From positions 6,067 to 70,066 of the forward strand of contig JBIOTN010000057.1 of assembly GCA_044866005.1 (NCBI GenBank): a stretch of DNA of 64,000 nt, given 5' to 3'. This document shows positions 17,163 through 27,459 of the stretch, in pieces. Within the stretch, counting starts at the first letter, position 1, and every line of letters starts with the position of its first letter. Below the pieces are notes generated by a model. That model was not told the DNA's origin. It saw only the letters and a list, made by a program, of their open reading frames with translations, and made no database searches. The DNA is from Candidatus Rokuibacteriota bacterium (GTDB taxonomy: Bacteria; Methylomirabilota; Methylomirabilia; Rokubacteriales; DASRDR01). The translations under genes were made by a program, and so were the position numbers.

Positions 17163-18284
17163 ATGGCCGACCCCGCGATCCTCCTCATCGCGGCGAGCGA
17201 GCAGGACTCGAACCTCTACTACGCGACTCGCTTCCTCGCTCCGGACCCCTTCGTGTTCCTCCAGGTCGGCGGTCGCAAGCTCCTCGTCATGAGTGACCTC
17301 GAGCTGGACCGGGCGAAGCTCGAGGCGCGGGTCGACGAGGTGCTGTCCTACGCCACCTACGAGGCGAAGGCCAAGCAGCACGTCGCCCAGCCCACGCTCG
17401 TCGACACGCTCGCCGTCCTGCTGGAGGAGCGCGGGGTGACGGACCTTCTCGTGCCGGCCAGCTTCGCCGTCGAGCACGCCGACCGCCTGCGGGAGCGCGG
17501 CATCCGCCTCACGTGGAAGCGCGATCCCTTCTTCGAGGAGCGGGTCGTCAAGCAGGCGGACGAGGTCGCCGCCGTCGAGGCCACGCAGCGGGCGACCGAG
17601 CGGGCGGTCGCGCGCGCCCTGGACGTCTTGCGGGAGAGCGACATCCGGGGGGACCGGCTGTACCGGCAGGGCGAGATCCTGACGGCCGAGATGCTCCGGC
17701 GGGTCATGCACCTGTCGCTGATGGAGGACGAGTGCCTGGGCCAGCACACGATCGTCGCGCCGGGCGTCCAGGGGGTGGACCCCCACAACCAGGGCTCCGG
17801 GCCGATCCTGCCGCACCAGTCGCTCGTGCTCGACGTCTTCCCCCGCTCGATCCGCACCCGCTACTTCGCCGACATGACGCGGACCGTCGTCCGCGGTCGA
17901 GCCTCCGACGGCCTCCGGCGGATGTACGACGCGGTGCTGGCCGCGCAGCTCCGGGGCATCGAGCTCTGCCGCGACGGGGCCGACGGCGACGCCGTCCACC
18001 GGGAGGTCACGGCGGTCCTCGAACGGGCGGGCTTCGAGACCGGCATGGTCGAGGGCCGGATGCAGGGGTTCTTCCACGGGACCGGCCACGGCGTGGGCCT
18101 CGACATCCACGAGCCGCCGCGGGTCTCCAAGGTCCCGAACGTCCTCCGGACGGGGCAGGTCGTGACCGTGGAGCCCGGTCTCTACTATCTCCGGTGGGGC
18201 GCTGTCCGGATCGAGGACATGGTGCTGATCCAGCCGGGCGGCTGCCAAAACCTCACAAAGTTCCCCAAGGTCCTCGAGCTATAG
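17163..18284 (+). CDS. M24-family Xaa-Pro aminopeptidase/dipeptidase
   Basis: ORF 17163..18284. Creatinase-like N-domain, then the metal-ligand pattern FHGTGHGVGLDIHEPP...VVTVEPGLY...VRIEDMV. Confidence 0.85.
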   Translation: MADPAILLIAASEQDSNLYYATRFLAPDPFVFLQVGGRKLLVMSDLELDRAKLEARVDEVLSYATYEAKAKQHVAQPTLVDTLAVLLEERGVTDLLVPASFAVEHADRLRERGIRLTWKRDPFFEERVVKQADEVAAVEATQRATERAVARALDVLRESDIRGDRLYRQGEILTAEMLRRVMHLSLMEDECLGQHTIVAPGVQGVDPHNQGSGPILPHQSLVLDVFPRSIRTRYFADMTRTVVRGRASDGLRRMYDAVLAAQLRGIELCRDGADGDAVHREVTAVLERAGFETGMVEGRMQGFFHGTGHGVGLDIHEPPRVSKVPNVLRTGQVVTVEPGLYYLRWGAVRIEDMVLIQPGGCQNLTKFPKVLEL

Positions 18285-18288
18285 TCTC

Positions 18289-18316
18289 TCGGAGGGGCCT
18301 CGACGGCCCCCTCCGA
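18289..18316 (+). terminator. G/C-run hairpin (family member 2), 4 nt after the peptidase stop
   Basis: TCGGAGGGGCC-TCGAC-GGCCCC(C)TCCGA followed by TTCCTCCCC. Near-identical in reverse complement to 59402..59430, including the flank. Confidence 0.5.
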
Positions 18317-18444
18317 TTCCTCCCCCTGGATCGGGGGTGCCGGCAACGCCGACGCGCGAAGCGGCACGCTGCCCCGCGCGGGGGGTTCGGTGTCACGCGG
18401 CGCGCGGTTGGTCCGACCGGCGGCCCGCTCCACTGCCCATAACA

Positions 18445-18473
18445 TTGCTATCTGCAAGGCCCTTGGGTACGAT
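18445..18473 (+). promoter_or_regulatory. Sigma70-like promoter of the CBS-korAB unit
   Basis: TTGCTA (18445..18450), 17 nt, TACGAT (18468..18473), in a low-GC patch. Confidence 0.45.
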
Positions 18474-18602
18474 GAGTGGGTGTCCGGCCGCCCGGTGTCG
18501 CGCCCCGGCGGCGGAGGCGCGGCTTCCGGGACCCGGGGGAAGGCGGCTCGGCGCGCCCCGCCCGGTCCGGGGGGACGCATCCAGTGGGCGAGGGGGACGG
18601 CC

Positions 18603-19127
18603 ATGAACGAACTCGAGGACGAATATTCTGCCAGCATTCGGCACGAGATCCGGGAACTCCGCGGGGCGCTCCTCAACGACACGATCAATACGCTGTTCCC
18701 GACCGAGCCGGTCTGCCTGCTCGAGGCCACGTCGGTCCACGACGCCGTCGGACGGATGCTGGCAGCCCGTCAGCCCGGTGTCCTCATCGTCGACCGCGAG
18801 GGCCGCTTGACCGGCATCTTCACCGAGCGGGACCTCCTCACCCGGGTCGTGGGCCTGGGGATCGACCCCCGGAGCACCCCCCTGGCCGCCGTGATGACGC
18901 GGAACCCCGAGGCACTGAGCCCGAAAGACCGTGTCTGCTACGCCGTGAACCGGATGAGCGTGGCCGGCTACCGGACGATCCCCCTCGTCGACGAGGCCGG
19001 CCGGCCCATCGGCATCGTGACCGTCCACGATTTCATCAAGTGGCTGGCCCATCTCTTCCCCGAGGCCGTGCTGAACCTGCGGCCCGGGGATGCGCTCAAG
19101 CGCCCGCTGGAGGTGGACGCGGGGTGA
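18603..19127 (+). CDS. CBS-domain pair protein
   Basis: ORF 18390..19127 trimmed to ATG 18603 (GAGGGGGA SD). Two CBS repeats (VLIVDREGRLTGIFTERDLL ; TIPLVDEAGRPIGIVTVHDFI). An in-frame GTG at 18480 is an alternative start. Confidence 0.75.
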   Translation: MNELEDEYSASIRHEIRELRGALLNDTINTLFPTEPVCLLEATSVHDAVGRMLAARQPGVLIVDREGRLTGIFTERDLLTRVVGLGIDPRSTPLAAVMTRNPEALSPKDRVCYAVNRMSVAGYRTIPLVDEAGRPIGIVTVHDFIKWLAHLFPEAVLNLRPGDALKRPLEVDAG

Positions 19128-19152
19128 GCCCACCGCGAGGAGACAAGGATTC

Positions 19153-21020
19153 ATGAGCGAGTCGGCGGCGTCGGCACCGGCCGTACCGAAACCTCGCCGG
19201 GAGCTCGATCGCGCGGTGGTCCGCTTCGCGGGGGACTCCGGCGACGGCATGCAGCTCACCGGCGAGCAGTTCACGACCGAGTCGGCGTGGGCGGGGAACG
19301 ACCTCGCGACGCTCCCGAACTTTCCCGCCGAGATCCGCGCGCCGGCCGGCACGCTCTTCGGCGTGTCGAGCTTCCAGCTGCAGTTCGGCCGGCGCCGCGT
19401 CTACACCCCGGGCGACCGGCTCGATTGCCTGGTGGCGATGAACCCGGCCGCCCTCAAGGTCCACCTCGCCGACCTGAAAGAGGGCGGTCTGCTGATCCTC
19501 AACACGAACGCCTTCGAGAAGAAGAACCTGGACCGCGCCGGCTACGCGCAGAACCCGCTCGACGACCCGGCGCTGTCCGAACGCTATCGGCTGCACAAGA
19601 TCGACATCACGCGGCTCACCATGGACGCCCTCGCCGAGCTGCCGCTCAACGCGAAGGAGAAGGACCGCTGCAAGAACTTCTTCGCGCTCGGCCTGGTGTC
19701 GTGGATCTACACGCGACCCATCGAGCCGACGCTCGACTGGATCAAGAAGCGGTTCACCAAGCACGCCGACGTCGCCGAGGCGAACGTGCGGGCGCTCAAG
19801 GCCGGCTACCACTTCGGCGAGACCGCGGAGATCTTCAGCGAGTGCTACGGGATCGAGCCCGCGGAGATGGCGCCCGGGGTCTATCGGAGCATGACGGGCA
19901 ACCGCGCGCTGGCCTGGGGCATCCTGGCCGCGGCCCAGCGGACGGGTCTCCCCGTGGTGTACGGCGCCTATCCCATCACGCCCGCCAGCGACGTGCTGCA
20001 CGAGCTCTCGCAGCACAAGCGCTTCCGGGTCCGGACGATGCAAGCCGAGGACGAGATCGCCGCGATCGGCGCGGTCATCGGCGCGGCGTTCGGGGGCGCC
20101 GTGGGCTGCTGCGCCACGAGCGGGCCCGGGCTCGCGCTCAAGTCCGAGGGCATCGCCCTGGCGGTCGTGGCCGAGCTGCCGCTCGTCGTGTTCGACATCC
20201 AGCGGGGCGGCCCGTCCACCGGCCTTCCCACGAAGACCGAGCAGGCGGACCTGCTCCAGGCCCTCTACGGCCGCAACAGCGAGTGCCCGGTCGTCGTCCT
20301 CGCGCCCGCCACCCCCGGGGACTGCTTCTACGTCGCCTACGAGGCCATCCGGATTGCGATCAAGTACATGGTCCCCGTGATCGTCCTGAGCGACGGCTAC
20401 CTCGCGAATGGTGCCGAGCCCTGGCTGATCCCGGACCCCGGCACGCTCCCGGAGATCCCCGTCCGCTTCCGGACGGAAAAGGACGGCTTCTTCCCGTACC
20501 TCCGCGAGGAGGCGACGCTGGCCCGCCCCTGGGTGCGCCCCGGAACGCCGGGACTGGAGCACCGGATCGGCGGCCTGGAGAAGCAGCACATCACGGGCAA
20601 CGTCTCGTACGATCCGGACAACCACGACCTGATGGTGCGGCTGCGGGCCGAGAAGGTGCGTCGTGTGGCGCAGGAGATCCCGCCGACCTCGATCAGCGGG
20701 CCGGCCACGGGGGACCTGCTCGTCGTCGGCTGGGGCGGCACCTACGGCGCGATCACGGCCGCCGTCGAAGAGGCGCAGATGGACGGTCAGGCCGTGGCCA
20801 GCGTGCACCTGCGCCATCTGAATCCGCTGCCCCCCGACCTCGGCCAGATCCTCCGGCAGTACCGGCGGGTCCTCGTGCCGGAGATCAACAGCGGCCAGCT
20901 CGTCCGCGTCCTGCGGGCCGAGTACCTCGTCGACGCCGTCGGCTTCAACCGGGTGCGGGGGGTGCCGCTGGCGACCCAGGAGATCCGGGATGCCATCAAC
21001 CAGCTTCTCGAGGAACGGCG

Positions 21021-21024
<4 letters not shown>
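19153..21024 (+). CDS. korA: 2-oxoglutarate:ferredoxin oxidoreductase alpha subunit
   Basis: ORF 19090..21024 from ATG 19153. FAGDSGDGMQLTG, YPITPASD, two-subunit KorAB-type length. Confidence 0.85.
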
Positions 21025-22052
<1,028 letters not shown>

Positions 22053-22222
22053 CCCGGGCCGATACGCGTCGCCCCGGGTCGTCCTCGGTCGTCGGCGTCC
22101 CTCAACGTATGCGGCATACGCCTCGGGCCGCCTCCTCCCTGCGTCCTACCGGGGCTCGCGTCTCCGCCCGGCCGCGGTTCGATGCTCGCCCCTGTCCTGG
22201 GGCTGCTCGGCTCTCGGCCCGG
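22053..22222 (+). repeat. Intergenic structured repeat, copy A (with about 50-nt internal duplication/insertion at 22148..22197)
   Basis: Aligns with 39222..39340 and 50001..50119. Central hairpin at 22094..22132. Starts 1 nt after the korB stop. Confidence 0.8.
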
Positions 22223-22243
22223 CCTCGTTCCTGAGCCGCGACC

Positions 22244-23716
22244 ATGAACGCGACCACGGTGGATCGAAACCTCGTCGCCGCGCTCCGGGAGATCGTCGGC
22301 CCGGACGGCGTGATTGCGGCCCCGGACGAATGTCTCGTCTACGAGGCCGACATGCTCGTCTACTATCGGGGCGCGCCCGACGTCGTCGTGCTGCCGGCGA
22401 GCACGGCGGAGGTGGCGGCGGTCGTGCGGCTCTGCCTGGACGCCGGCGTCCCCATCGTGGCCCGGGGGTCCGGCACCGGGCTGATCGGCGGCGCGACGGC
22501 CCCGCGCGGCGGCGTCATGATCGGCGTCAACCGCATGGACCGCATCCTCGAGCTGAGCCCGCCGAATCGCTACGCGGTCGTGGAGCCGGGCGTCATCAAC
22601 CTCGCGCTCACCCGGGCCGTCGCCGCGCGCGGCTATTTCTTCGCCCCCGACCCCGCGAGCCAGATGGTCTCCTCGATCGGCGGGAACGCCGCGACCAACG
22701 CGGGCGGTCCCCACGCCCTGAAGTACGGGAGCGCCGTGAACCACGTCCTGGGGCTCGAGGTGGTGACCGGGCGCGGGGAGGTGCTCTGGCTCGGCGGCCC
22801 CGTCCAGGAGCGGCCCGGCTACGACCTCGCCTCCGTGATGGTCGGTTCCGAGGGCACCCTCGGCGTGATCACGAAGGTCGCCGTGCGGCTGAGTCGCGCG
22901 GGCGAGGCCGTCAAGACGGCGCTCGCCACGTTCCCCACCATCGAGCTCGCCTGCGAGGCGGTGTCCGCCATCATCGCCGAAGGGATCGTCCCGGCGGCCC
23001 TCGAGGCTCTGGACGAGCCCGTGATCCGGGCGGTCGAAGCGGGGATCAGGGCCGGCTACCCCGCGGATGCGAAGGCCGTGCTCCTGATCGAGCTGGACGG
23101 CCCGTGGGCGGAGGTGGAGAGCCAGGCCGAGGCGGTGGCTGCCATCTGCCGGGCGAAGGGCGCCCTGACCATGCGGGTCGCGAAGGACGACGCGGAGCGG
23201 GCGCTCCTCTGGAAGGGGCGGAAGGAGGCCGCCGGCGCCTTCGGTCGGATCACGCACAACTACGTCCTTCAGGACGCGGTGGTCCCGCGGACGAAGCTGC
23301 CGGCGATCATGGCGCAGGTGGCGGCGATCGCGGCGAGCCGCGGCCTCGTCGTCGCCAACGTCTTCCACGCCGGCGACGGCAACCTCCACCCCATGATCGC
23401 CTACGACGACCGGGTGCCCGGCCAGTTCGAGGCGGCCCTCGACGCCAACGACGCGATCCTCGACGCCTGCATCGCCGCTGGCGGTACGGTGACGGGCGAG
23501 CACGGCGTGGGGATGGACAAGGCCGAGAAGCTCGCCCGCCTCTTCTCGCCTGACGACCTCGCCGCGATGGCAGCCGTCCGCCGCGTCTTCGACCCGCGCG
23601 GGCTCATGAACCCGGACAAGGTGTTCCCGACGGGGGGCGCCTGTCACGAGTCACGGCAGCCGGCGGGCGGCAGCCCCGGCGCGGCGAAGCCGGTGCCCGA
23701 GGGCATGTGGGTATGA
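22244..23716 (+). CDS. glcD: FAD-linked glycolate/D-lactate oxidase subunit GlcD
   Basis: ORF 22244..23716. PCMH-type FAD-binding domain (VVLPASTAEVAAVVRLC...VARGSGTGL), C-terminal FAD-oxidase domain. Confidence 0.85.
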   Translation: MNATTVDRNLVAALREIVGPDGVIAAPDECLVYEADMLVYYRGAPDVVVLPASTAEVAAVVRLCLDAGVPIVARGSGTGLIGGATAPRGGVMIGVNRMDRILELSPPNRYAVVEPGVINLALTRAVAARGYFFAPDPASQMVSSIGGNAATNAGGPHALKYGSAVNHVLGLEVVTGRGEVLWLGGPVQERPGYDLASVMVGSEGTLGVITKVAVRLSRAGEAVKTALATFPTIELACEAVSAIIAEGIVPAALEALDEPVIRAVEAGIRAGYPADAKAVLLIELDGPWAEVESQAEAVAAICRAKGALTMRVAKDDAERALLWKGRKEAAGAFGRITHNYVLQDAVVPRTKLPAIMAQVAAIAASRGLVVANVFHAGDGNLHPMIAYDDRVPGQFEAALDANDAILDACIAAGGTVTGEHGVGMDKAEKLARLFSPDDLAAMAAVRRVFDPRGLMNPDKVFPTGGACHESRQPAGGSPGAAKPVPEGMWV

Positions 23717-25032
23717 CGGCCGACGCGCGGGTCATCGGCGCCGACCTCGCCGCGGTCGTGGGTGAGGCCCACGTCCGGACCGGCGCCGGGGCGGCGGCCT
23801 TCGCGATCGACGGACGCGCGCCACGCTGGGCGGTCTCTCCCGGCGCCGTGGCCGAGGTGAGTCGCTGCCTGGCCCTCGCCGCGGCCCACGGGCTGGCGGT
23901 CGCACCGACCGGCCGCGGGACCCGCCGGCACTGGGGCAACCCGCCCCGCGCGCTCGACCTCGTGCTCTCGCTCGACCGCCTCGACCGGGTGCTCCACCAC
24001 GAGCCGGCGGACCTCACCGTCTCGGTGGAGGCCGGCATCCGGCTTCAGGCGCTCAACGCGACGCTTCGCCCGCACCGGCAGGGCCTGCCGCTCGACCCGC
24101 CGCGGGCGGGCGACTCCACGATCGGCGGGCTCATCGCCACGGCCGCGAGCGGGCCTTACCGCGCGCGCTACGGGACCCCGCGGGAGCTGCTGCTCGGCGT
24201 CAGCGTGGTCCAGGCCGACGGCACGCCGGTGAAGGGCGGGGGGCAGGTCGTCAAGAACGCCACCGGCTACGACATGCCGAAGCTCCACGTCGGCGCGCTC
24301 GGCACGCTCGGGGTCGTCGTCAGCGCTCACCTCCGACTCCATCCGCTGCCGGCCGCCGAGGCGAGCTGGCTCTTCGGATTCCCGAGTGCCGAGGGGGTCC
24401 TCGAGGCGGCGCTCGGGGTCATGGACACGCCGCTCGTCCCCAGCCGGCTCGAGCTGGTGGACGGCGCGACGCTGGTCGCCCTCGGCTACACCGCGCCCCC
24501 CCCGGCGGCGCTCGCCGTGACCATCGGGAGCGTGGCCGAGGGCGTCCGCGCGCAGGGTGAGCGGCTCACCGAGCTCTGCCGCCGGGGCGGCGGGCTGGCG
24601 CTCCCTCTGGACGAGGCCGACGCGTGGTGGACGCAGCTCGGCGACAGCGCGGCGCCGGCCGAGGGTGAGGCCGGCCTCGGCCTCCGGATCGGAGTGCGGC
24701 CGACCGACGTCGTGAAGGCGCTGCGCGCGGTGGAGGCGGCGGCGGCCGGCGCGGCGAGCGTCCGGGCGACGGCGGAGCTCGCCAACGGGGTCCTCCACGT
24801 CGTGCTGGCAGGGCCGGGCGTGGCGGACGCGCCGAGCCTGGTGAGCCGCCTGCGCGCGGGCCTCGCGCCACTCGACGGCACGTGCGTCGTCGAGCACGTG
24901 GCGCCTCGTGCGAAGGCCGGCCTCGACGTCTGGGGCGACGTCGGCCCGGTGCTTCCGCTCATGCGGCGGCTCAAGGACGAGCTGGATCCGCGTGGAATCC
25001 TGAATCCGGGCCGCTACGTGGGCGGGATCTGA
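23713..25032 (+). CDS. glcE: Glycolate oxidase FAD-binding subunit GlcE
   Basis: ORF 23707..25032. ATG 23713 overlaps the glcD stop (ATGA). FAD_binding_4-like N-terminus, VKNATGYDMPKL. Confidence 0.8.
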   Translation: MTADARVIGADLAAVVGEAHVRTGAGAAAFAIDGRAPRWAVSPGAVAEVSRCLALAAAHGLAVAPTGRGTRRHWGNPPRALDLVLSLDRLDRVLHHEPADLTVSVEAGIRLQALNATLRPHRQGLPLDPPRAGDSTIGGLIATAASGPYRARYGTPRELLLGVSVVQADGTPVKGGGQVVKNATGYDMPKLHVGALGTLGVVVSAHLRLHPLPAAEASWLFGFPSAEGVLEAALGVMDTPLVPSRLELVDGATLVALGYTAPPPAALAVTIGSVAEGVRAQGERLTELCRRGGGLALPLDEADAWWTQLGDSAAPAEGEAGLGLRIGVRPTDVVKALRAVEAAAAGAASVRATAELANGVLHVVLAGPGVADAPSLVSRLRAGLAPLDGTCVVEHVAPRAKAGLDVWGDVGPVLPLMRRLKDELDPRGILNPGRYVGGI

Positions 25033-25036
25033 GGCC

Positions 25037-26374
25037 GTGACGGAGTCGGGCGTGACCGTAGGTCGCGAGCCCAGCGCGCTCGCCCGGCCCCTCGGGGCCT
25101 TCGACGCCGAGGAGCCGCCCGACTGGGAGGGGCTCCTCGACTGCGTCCACTGCGGGATCTGTCTCCCGCAGTGCCCGACGTACCGCGTGCTCCGGCAGGA
25201 GATGGATTCCCCGCGTGGCCGGCTCTACCTCATGCGCGCGGCGGCCGAGGGCCGGATCGGGCTCACCGACAACTTCGTGACCCACATGGACCGCTGCCTC
25301 GGCTGCCGGGCGTGCGAGAGCGCGTGCCCGTCCGGCGTGCCGTTCGGTCAGCTCCTGGAGGCGACGCGCGGCCAGATCGAGCGGCGCGTGCCCCGGCCGT
25401 TCGCGCGCAAGCTCCTCGGCCGGCTGATCCTGGGGACCTTCTCCGACCGGCGCCGGCTGGCCCGGGCCCTGAGCCTCTTGCGGCTCTACCAGGGCTCCGG
25501 CCTCCAGCGGATCGTCCGCGGCGCCGGTCTCCTCCGGCCGTTTCCGCGGCTGGCCGCGATGGAGCAGCTGCTCCCGCCGCTGGGCACGGAGCACCCGGCG
25601 CCCCTGCCGCCCCGCCTGCCGGCCGAGGGATCGTCCCGCGGGACGGTGGCGCTCCTGGTCGGCTGTGTCCAGGCGCTGCTCTTCCCCGAGGTGAACCGGG
25701 CGACGGCGCGCCTCCTGGCCCGCGCCGGGTACACCGTCCTCGTCCCCCCCGAGCAGGGCTGCTGCGGGGCGCTCCACCTCCACGCGGGGGACCGCGTGAG
25801 CGCGCGGCGGCTCGCCCGCGCCAACCGCGACGCCTTCGCCGGCGCCGACTGGGTGGTCACCAACGCGGCCGGCTGCGGCGCGGCGCTCCGCGAGTACGGT
25901 CACCTCCTCGGCGAGGACGGGACCTCGCTCGGCGAGCGGGTCCGCGACGTCTCCGAGCTGCTCGCCGCCGCGCTGCCGGGCCCGCGGCAGGCGCTGCCGG
26001 TCACGGTGACCTACCACGAGCCCTGCCACCTGGCCCACGGCCAGCGGGTGCGCGAGGCGCCGCGGGCGCTCCTCCGGGCGATCCCGGGGCTCCGCCTCGC
26101 CGAGCTCCAGGAGGCCGACCTCTGCTGCGGCTCGGCCGGCATCTACAACCTCTTCGAGCCCGAGATCGCCGGGGCCCTCCTCGAGCAGAAGCTCGACCGG
26201 ATCGTGGAGACGGGCGCGACCATCGTCGCGAGCGGCAATCCGGGCTGCCTGCTCCAGCTCCGCATGGGGCTCGCGCGCCGCGGCCTCCCGATCCGCGCGC
26301 ACCATCCGGTGGAGCTCCTCGCCTGGTCCGTGGAAGGGACGGAAGGGGACCGCGCTCCCTTCCAGCCGCACTAG
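25037..26374 (+). CDS. glcF: Glycolate oxidase iron-sulfur subunit GlcF
   Basis: ORF 25037..26374. Two 4Fe-4S motifs (CVHCGICLPQCP ; CLGCRACESACP) and two CCG domains. Confidence 0.85.
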   Translation: MTESGVTVGREPSALARPLGAFDAEEPPDWEGLLDCVHCGICLPQCPTYRVLRQEMDSPRGRLYLMRAAAEGRIGLTDNFVTHMDRCLGCRACESACPSGVPFGQLLEATRGQIERRVPRPFARKLLGRLILGTFSDRRRLARALSLLRLYQGSGLQRIVRGAGLLRPFPRLAAMEQLLPPLGTEHPAPLPPRLPAEGSSRGTVALLVGCVQALLFPEVNRATARLLARAGYTVLVPPEQGCCGALHLHAGDRVSARRLARANRDAFAGADWVVTNAAGCGAALREYGHLLGEDGTSLGERVRDVSELLAAALPGPRQALPVTVTYHEPCHLAHGQRVREAPRALLRAIPGLRLAELQEADLCCGSAGIYNLFEPEIAGALLEQKLDRIVETGATIVASGNPGCLLQLRMGLARRGLPIRAHHPVELLAWSVEGTEGDRAPFQPH

Positions 26375-26424
26375 CCGTGCAAGTCGTGCGGCTCCGGGAG
26401 CGGGTGGCGTTCCAGGACGCGAAG

Positions 26425-26703
26425 ATGGCGCGTCAGCGCCTGCTCGGGACCTCGCGGTGCCAGGCCGATCTCTACTGCCTCAAGCCGGGCCAGTCGCAGG
26501 CCGTCCATACCCACGCGGACCAGGACAAGCTATACTTCGGAGTGGAAGGGGTCGGACGCATCCGGGTGGCGGGCGAGGAGCAGCGGCTCGAGCCCGGCGT
26601 GCTCGTGCTCGCGCCTGCGAGCGTCGAGCACGGCCTCTCGAACCCGGGAGAGACGCCACTGGTGGTTCTCGTCATCGTCGTGCCCCCGCCGACGCACGGC
26701 TGA
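26425..26703 (+). CDS. Small cupin-domain protein
   Basis: 3' part of ORF 25171..26703. GQSQAVHTHADQDKLYFGVEGVGRIRVAGEE..LEPGVLVLAPASVEHGLSN. The start is uncertain; in-frame GTGs at 26377 and 26386 are also possible. Confidence 0.65.
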   Translation: MARQRLLGTSRCQADLYCLKPGQSQAVHTHADQDKLYFGVEGVGRIRVAGEEQRLEPGVLVLAPASVEHGLSNPGETPLVVLVIVVPPPTHG

Positions 26704-26709
26704 ACCGGC

Positions 26710-27459
26710 GTGCCGAGCGCGGCCGTCCTGGTCACCTGTCTCGTGGACCTCTTCTACCCCGAGGTCGGCGTCGCGCTGGTCCGTCTCCTCCGCCGCCACG
26801 GCGTACGGGTCGCGGTGCCGGACGGCCAGACCTGCTGCGGGCTGCCGCTCTTCAACTCGGGGTACCGGGCCGAGGCCGCACGGGTCGCGCGCCGCACCAT
26901 TCCGCTCTTCGCCGATGCCGAGCACGTGGTCGTCCCGTCGGGGTCGTGCGCCTGGATGGTCAAGGCCGAATACCCGCACCTCTTCCCGGACGACCCACCG
27001 GCGACGCGCGCGGCGACGGCGCTCGCCGCGAAGACCTACGAGCTCTCCCAGTTCCTCGTCTCCGTCCTCGGGGTGGAGAAGGTCCCGGCCACGGGGGGAG
27101 CCGCGAGCGGGCGGATCACCTACCACGACTCCTGCCACCTCCTGCGGGGGCTCGGCGAGGCGCGGGCCCCGCGGACGCTCCTCCGGAACGCCGGGGTGGA
27201 GGTCGTCGAGCTGCCGGGCGCGGACGAGTGCTGCGGCTTCGGCGGCTCGTTCGCGGTGCGACTCCCCGAGGTCTCGGGGGCGATCCTGGGACGCAAGCTC
27301 GAGAACGTCCGGGCCACCGGCGCCGACGCGGTCGTCGTCTGTGACGCGGGCTGCCTCATGCAGATGGCGGGCGGGGCACGGCGGGCGGGAGATCGCGTCC
27401 GTGTGCTCCACCTGGCGGAGCTGCTGGCCGGGGAGGCGGACGGTGCAGGCGACGCCTGA
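26710..27459 (+). CDS. lutA: LutA-type (Fe-S)/CCG-domain oxidoreductase of the lactate utilisation complex
   Basis: ORF 26710..27459. VLVTCLVDLFYPEVG, QTCCG, GSCAWM, DECCGFGG, CDAGCLMQ. Confidence 0.85.
   Translation: MPSAAVLVTCLVDLFYPEVGVALVRLLRRHGVRVAVPDGQTCCGLPLFNSGYRAEAARVARRTIPLFADAEHVVVPSGSCAWMVKAEYPHLFPDDPPATRAATALAAKTYELSQFLVSVLGVEKVPATGGAASGRITYHDSCHLLRGLGEARAPRTLLRNAGVEVVELPGADECCGFGGSFAVRLPEVSGAILGRKLENVRATGADAVVVCDAGCLMQMAGGARRAGDRVRVLHLAELLAGEADGAGDA

Noticed and set aside
12587-17188. A 1533-aa ORF antisense to gltB, and similar giant ORFs (5351..7441, 7891..9825, 36578..39385, 43362..46238, 43544..48553, 35830..37062 and others).
   Set aside because: Their translations are Arg/Pro/Gly/Ala low-complexity strings with no recognisable motifs. 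They mirror well-supported genes on the other strand or in other frames. This is the expected stop-codon depletion of very GC-rich DNA.
18480-18602. In-frame GTG 18480, 6 nt after the TACGAT -10 box, as a leaderless start that would extend the CBS protein by 41 aa.
   Set aside because: The extension is Gly/Arg/Pro low-complexity, and ATG 18603 has a well-spaced GAGGGGGA SD. I kept it only as an alternative in the feature note.
22170-22195. GGTTCGATGCTCGCC inside repeat copy A, resembling a tRNA T-arm (GGTTCGA).
   Set aside because: The flanking bases do not form a T-stem. No acceptor, D or anticodon arms can be drawn. It lies in the copy-specific insertion of the repeat.
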